Of a stretch of 64,000 nucleotides of DNA, positions 62,773 to 64,000 are shown piece by piece. The stretch is taken from contig JBGGMJ010000010.1 in the NCBI GenBank assembly GCA_041288095.1, positions 19,581-83,580 on the forward strand, in the 5' to 3' direction. Positions within the stretch are counted from its first letter, which is position 1. Each line of letters begins with the position of its first letter. The stretch comes from Myxococcota bacterium (lineage in GTDB: Bacteria; Myxococcota; XYA12-FULL-58-9; JALHOP01). Made by a program: the position numbers and the translations under genes. Below the pieces are notes generated by a model. It was not told the origin of the DNA. It did not search any database and saw only the letters and a program-made list of their open reading frames with translations.

Positions 62773-62829
62773 TTACTTTTCCATACGTTTGGTCACTGCG
62801 TCGTGGTTAGTGACGCGAGCGCCACGCGA

Positions 62830-63453
62830 TCAGAAGACAGAGTTCCAGAGCGCGATGCCGCCCCCGACCACGAGGACAGCACCAGTGCCGATCAACGCGA
62901 TCGGCACCCAGGCCGGGGCTGTCGCGAAGATGACGCCAGTGGCGATCGCGCCGCCGACAGTGGCCATCGTTAGCCCGCCTGCGACCGCTGCGGACCCGCC
63001 AATCGCCTTGGCTCGCATGGCGAGCTCGTTGCGCATCCCCCATTCGGTCGTGCTCATCACCCAGTTCGCCGGGAGGTTCGGCATCGGAGCGCCACCCGGC
63101 GGAGCTGCCTGCGGATTGGCCGCCGCTTCGGCGAGGCGAAGGCGCGCGTTCAAGTACTCGCGGCCACCCGGCACGCTGCCCACTTGGAGCTGCCGTCCGC
63201 CAATGCTGCCTGGTTGTGTCAGGCCGCGGAGGATCTGCACCTGCTCCTGCGGGGAGGAAGCGCGACCGAGGACGCGCTCGAAGTTGGTGCTGTTGACTCT
63301 TCGGTCGGGAGCTTCACCGAACTCGCGCGAGGAAATGTAGAGCTCGGGCTCATCGAGCGGATCACGCTCGACCAGCATGCCCGCGACCTCACGGCCCGCT
63401 TCCGTGTTCGGAAGACTCAACCCCTGGCGGATTTGCTCAGCTGTAAGCGCCAT
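62830..63453 (-). CDS. Hypothetical protein with C-terminal Gly/Ala-rich hydrophobic hairpin
   Basis: AAGGAG RBS; no signal peptide; C-terminal ~55 aa hydrophobic. Confidence 0.7.
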   Translation of the reverse strand: MALTAEQIRQGLSLPNTEAGREVAGMLVERDPLDEPELYISSREFGEAPDRRVNSTNFERVLGRASSPQEQVQILRGLTQPGSIGGRQLQVGSVPGGREYLNARLRLAEAAANPQAAPPGGAPMPNLPANWVMSTTEWGMRNELAMRAKAIGGSAAVAGGLTMATVGGAIATGVIFATAPAWVPIALIGTGAVLVVGGGIALWNSVF

Positions 63454-63510
63454 CGCGGAAACTCCTTCACCGAGAGACACAGAGCGCAGTTATCGCTCTT
63501 CGTGTCTTCA

Positions 63511-63537
63511 GTATCGGCGGGAGAGAACGCGTGGTGC
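63511..63537 (-). promoter_or_regulatory. Variant sigma28-like promoter (GCAC-N15-GCCGATAC)
   Basis: One mismatch in each box, same spacing. Confidence 0.5.
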
Positions 63538-63663
63538 GTGATTTTTCATACAGGAGGAACCCCCCATTCTGGCTGCTTTTCTTTGCAGGTATGACACTGC
63601 CAGCGTGACCATTCGTACGCGGCTACATCACGGCTCGTGAGCGTAGGCGTAAGGAGGAGCTCT

Positions 63664-64000
63664 TCAACGCCCTGCGAGGTATTGGCGTGCCGCCGCGAGA
63701 TTTTGGGTCAGCATCGGGTTGCCGCGGATGGACAGTCTCTCCGTCGCGGTGACTTGCGCCTGCAAGTAGCTCGTCCAAGCGTTCGTCCAGGCGGTCGGAT
63801 TGGCGTACAGCCGGCGCAAGGCGTCGCCTTCAGGGCCTCCGGTGTTGGTCACCGCTTTGCGGATGGCGACCGCGAAAGCGGTCACATGCCCCATCGTCGC
63901 GGCATCGGCGCCGGCCACGGCCGCGATGTTGCCGCTCGTCATCGGTGACGTCGCCGGCGACAAGGCCGCGATGGCGCCCTGCGTGAGTGCCTGCATGGTC
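63664..64000 (-). CDS. 3' end of an Ala/Thr-rich hypothetical protein (truncated by the window)
   Basis: Open frame to the window edge with host codon bias. Confidence 0.55.
   Translation of the reverse strand, partial: TMQALTQGAIAALSPATSPMTSGNIAAVAGADAATMGHVTAFAVAIRKAVTNTGGPEGDALRRLYANPTAWTNAWTSYLQAQVTATERLSIRGNPMLTQNLAAARQYLAGR

Overview
GC-rich, very compact bacterial chromosome segment. It is most consistent with a Myxococcota-type deltaproteobacterium (AglR/Q/S-like motor genes, a MYXO-CTERM-like sorting tail, an SycD/LcrH-like chaperone). Housekeeping content: alpha-glucan/trehalose genes (treS, mak, glgX, glgB), prolyl oligopeptidase, glycosyltransferases, ergothioneine egtB/egtD, slyD, recQ, greB, acnA, a glutaryl-CoA dehydrogenase-like gene, two MCPs and two M20 amidohydrolases. 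I saw no rRNA, tRNA or CRISPR array. Main discoveries: (1) a recurring sigma28-like promoter, GCAA-N15-GCCGATAA, lies upstream of a T3SS chaperone/translocator-like locus and of several scattered orphan genes, suggesting a dispersed secretion-substrate regulon; (2) an HNH gene bracketed by ~135-bp imperfect inverted repeats fills the gap between two convergent genes and has a strand-skew halo; (3) a signal-anchored uORF ending in RGPP (arrest-peptide-like) precedes two tandem ExbB-ExbD-ExbD motor triplets, one carrying an in-frame TAA; (4) a fused KS-CLF plus ACP mini-cluster; (5) a structured intergenic RNA candidate. All calls come from reading motifs by eye; no searches were run.
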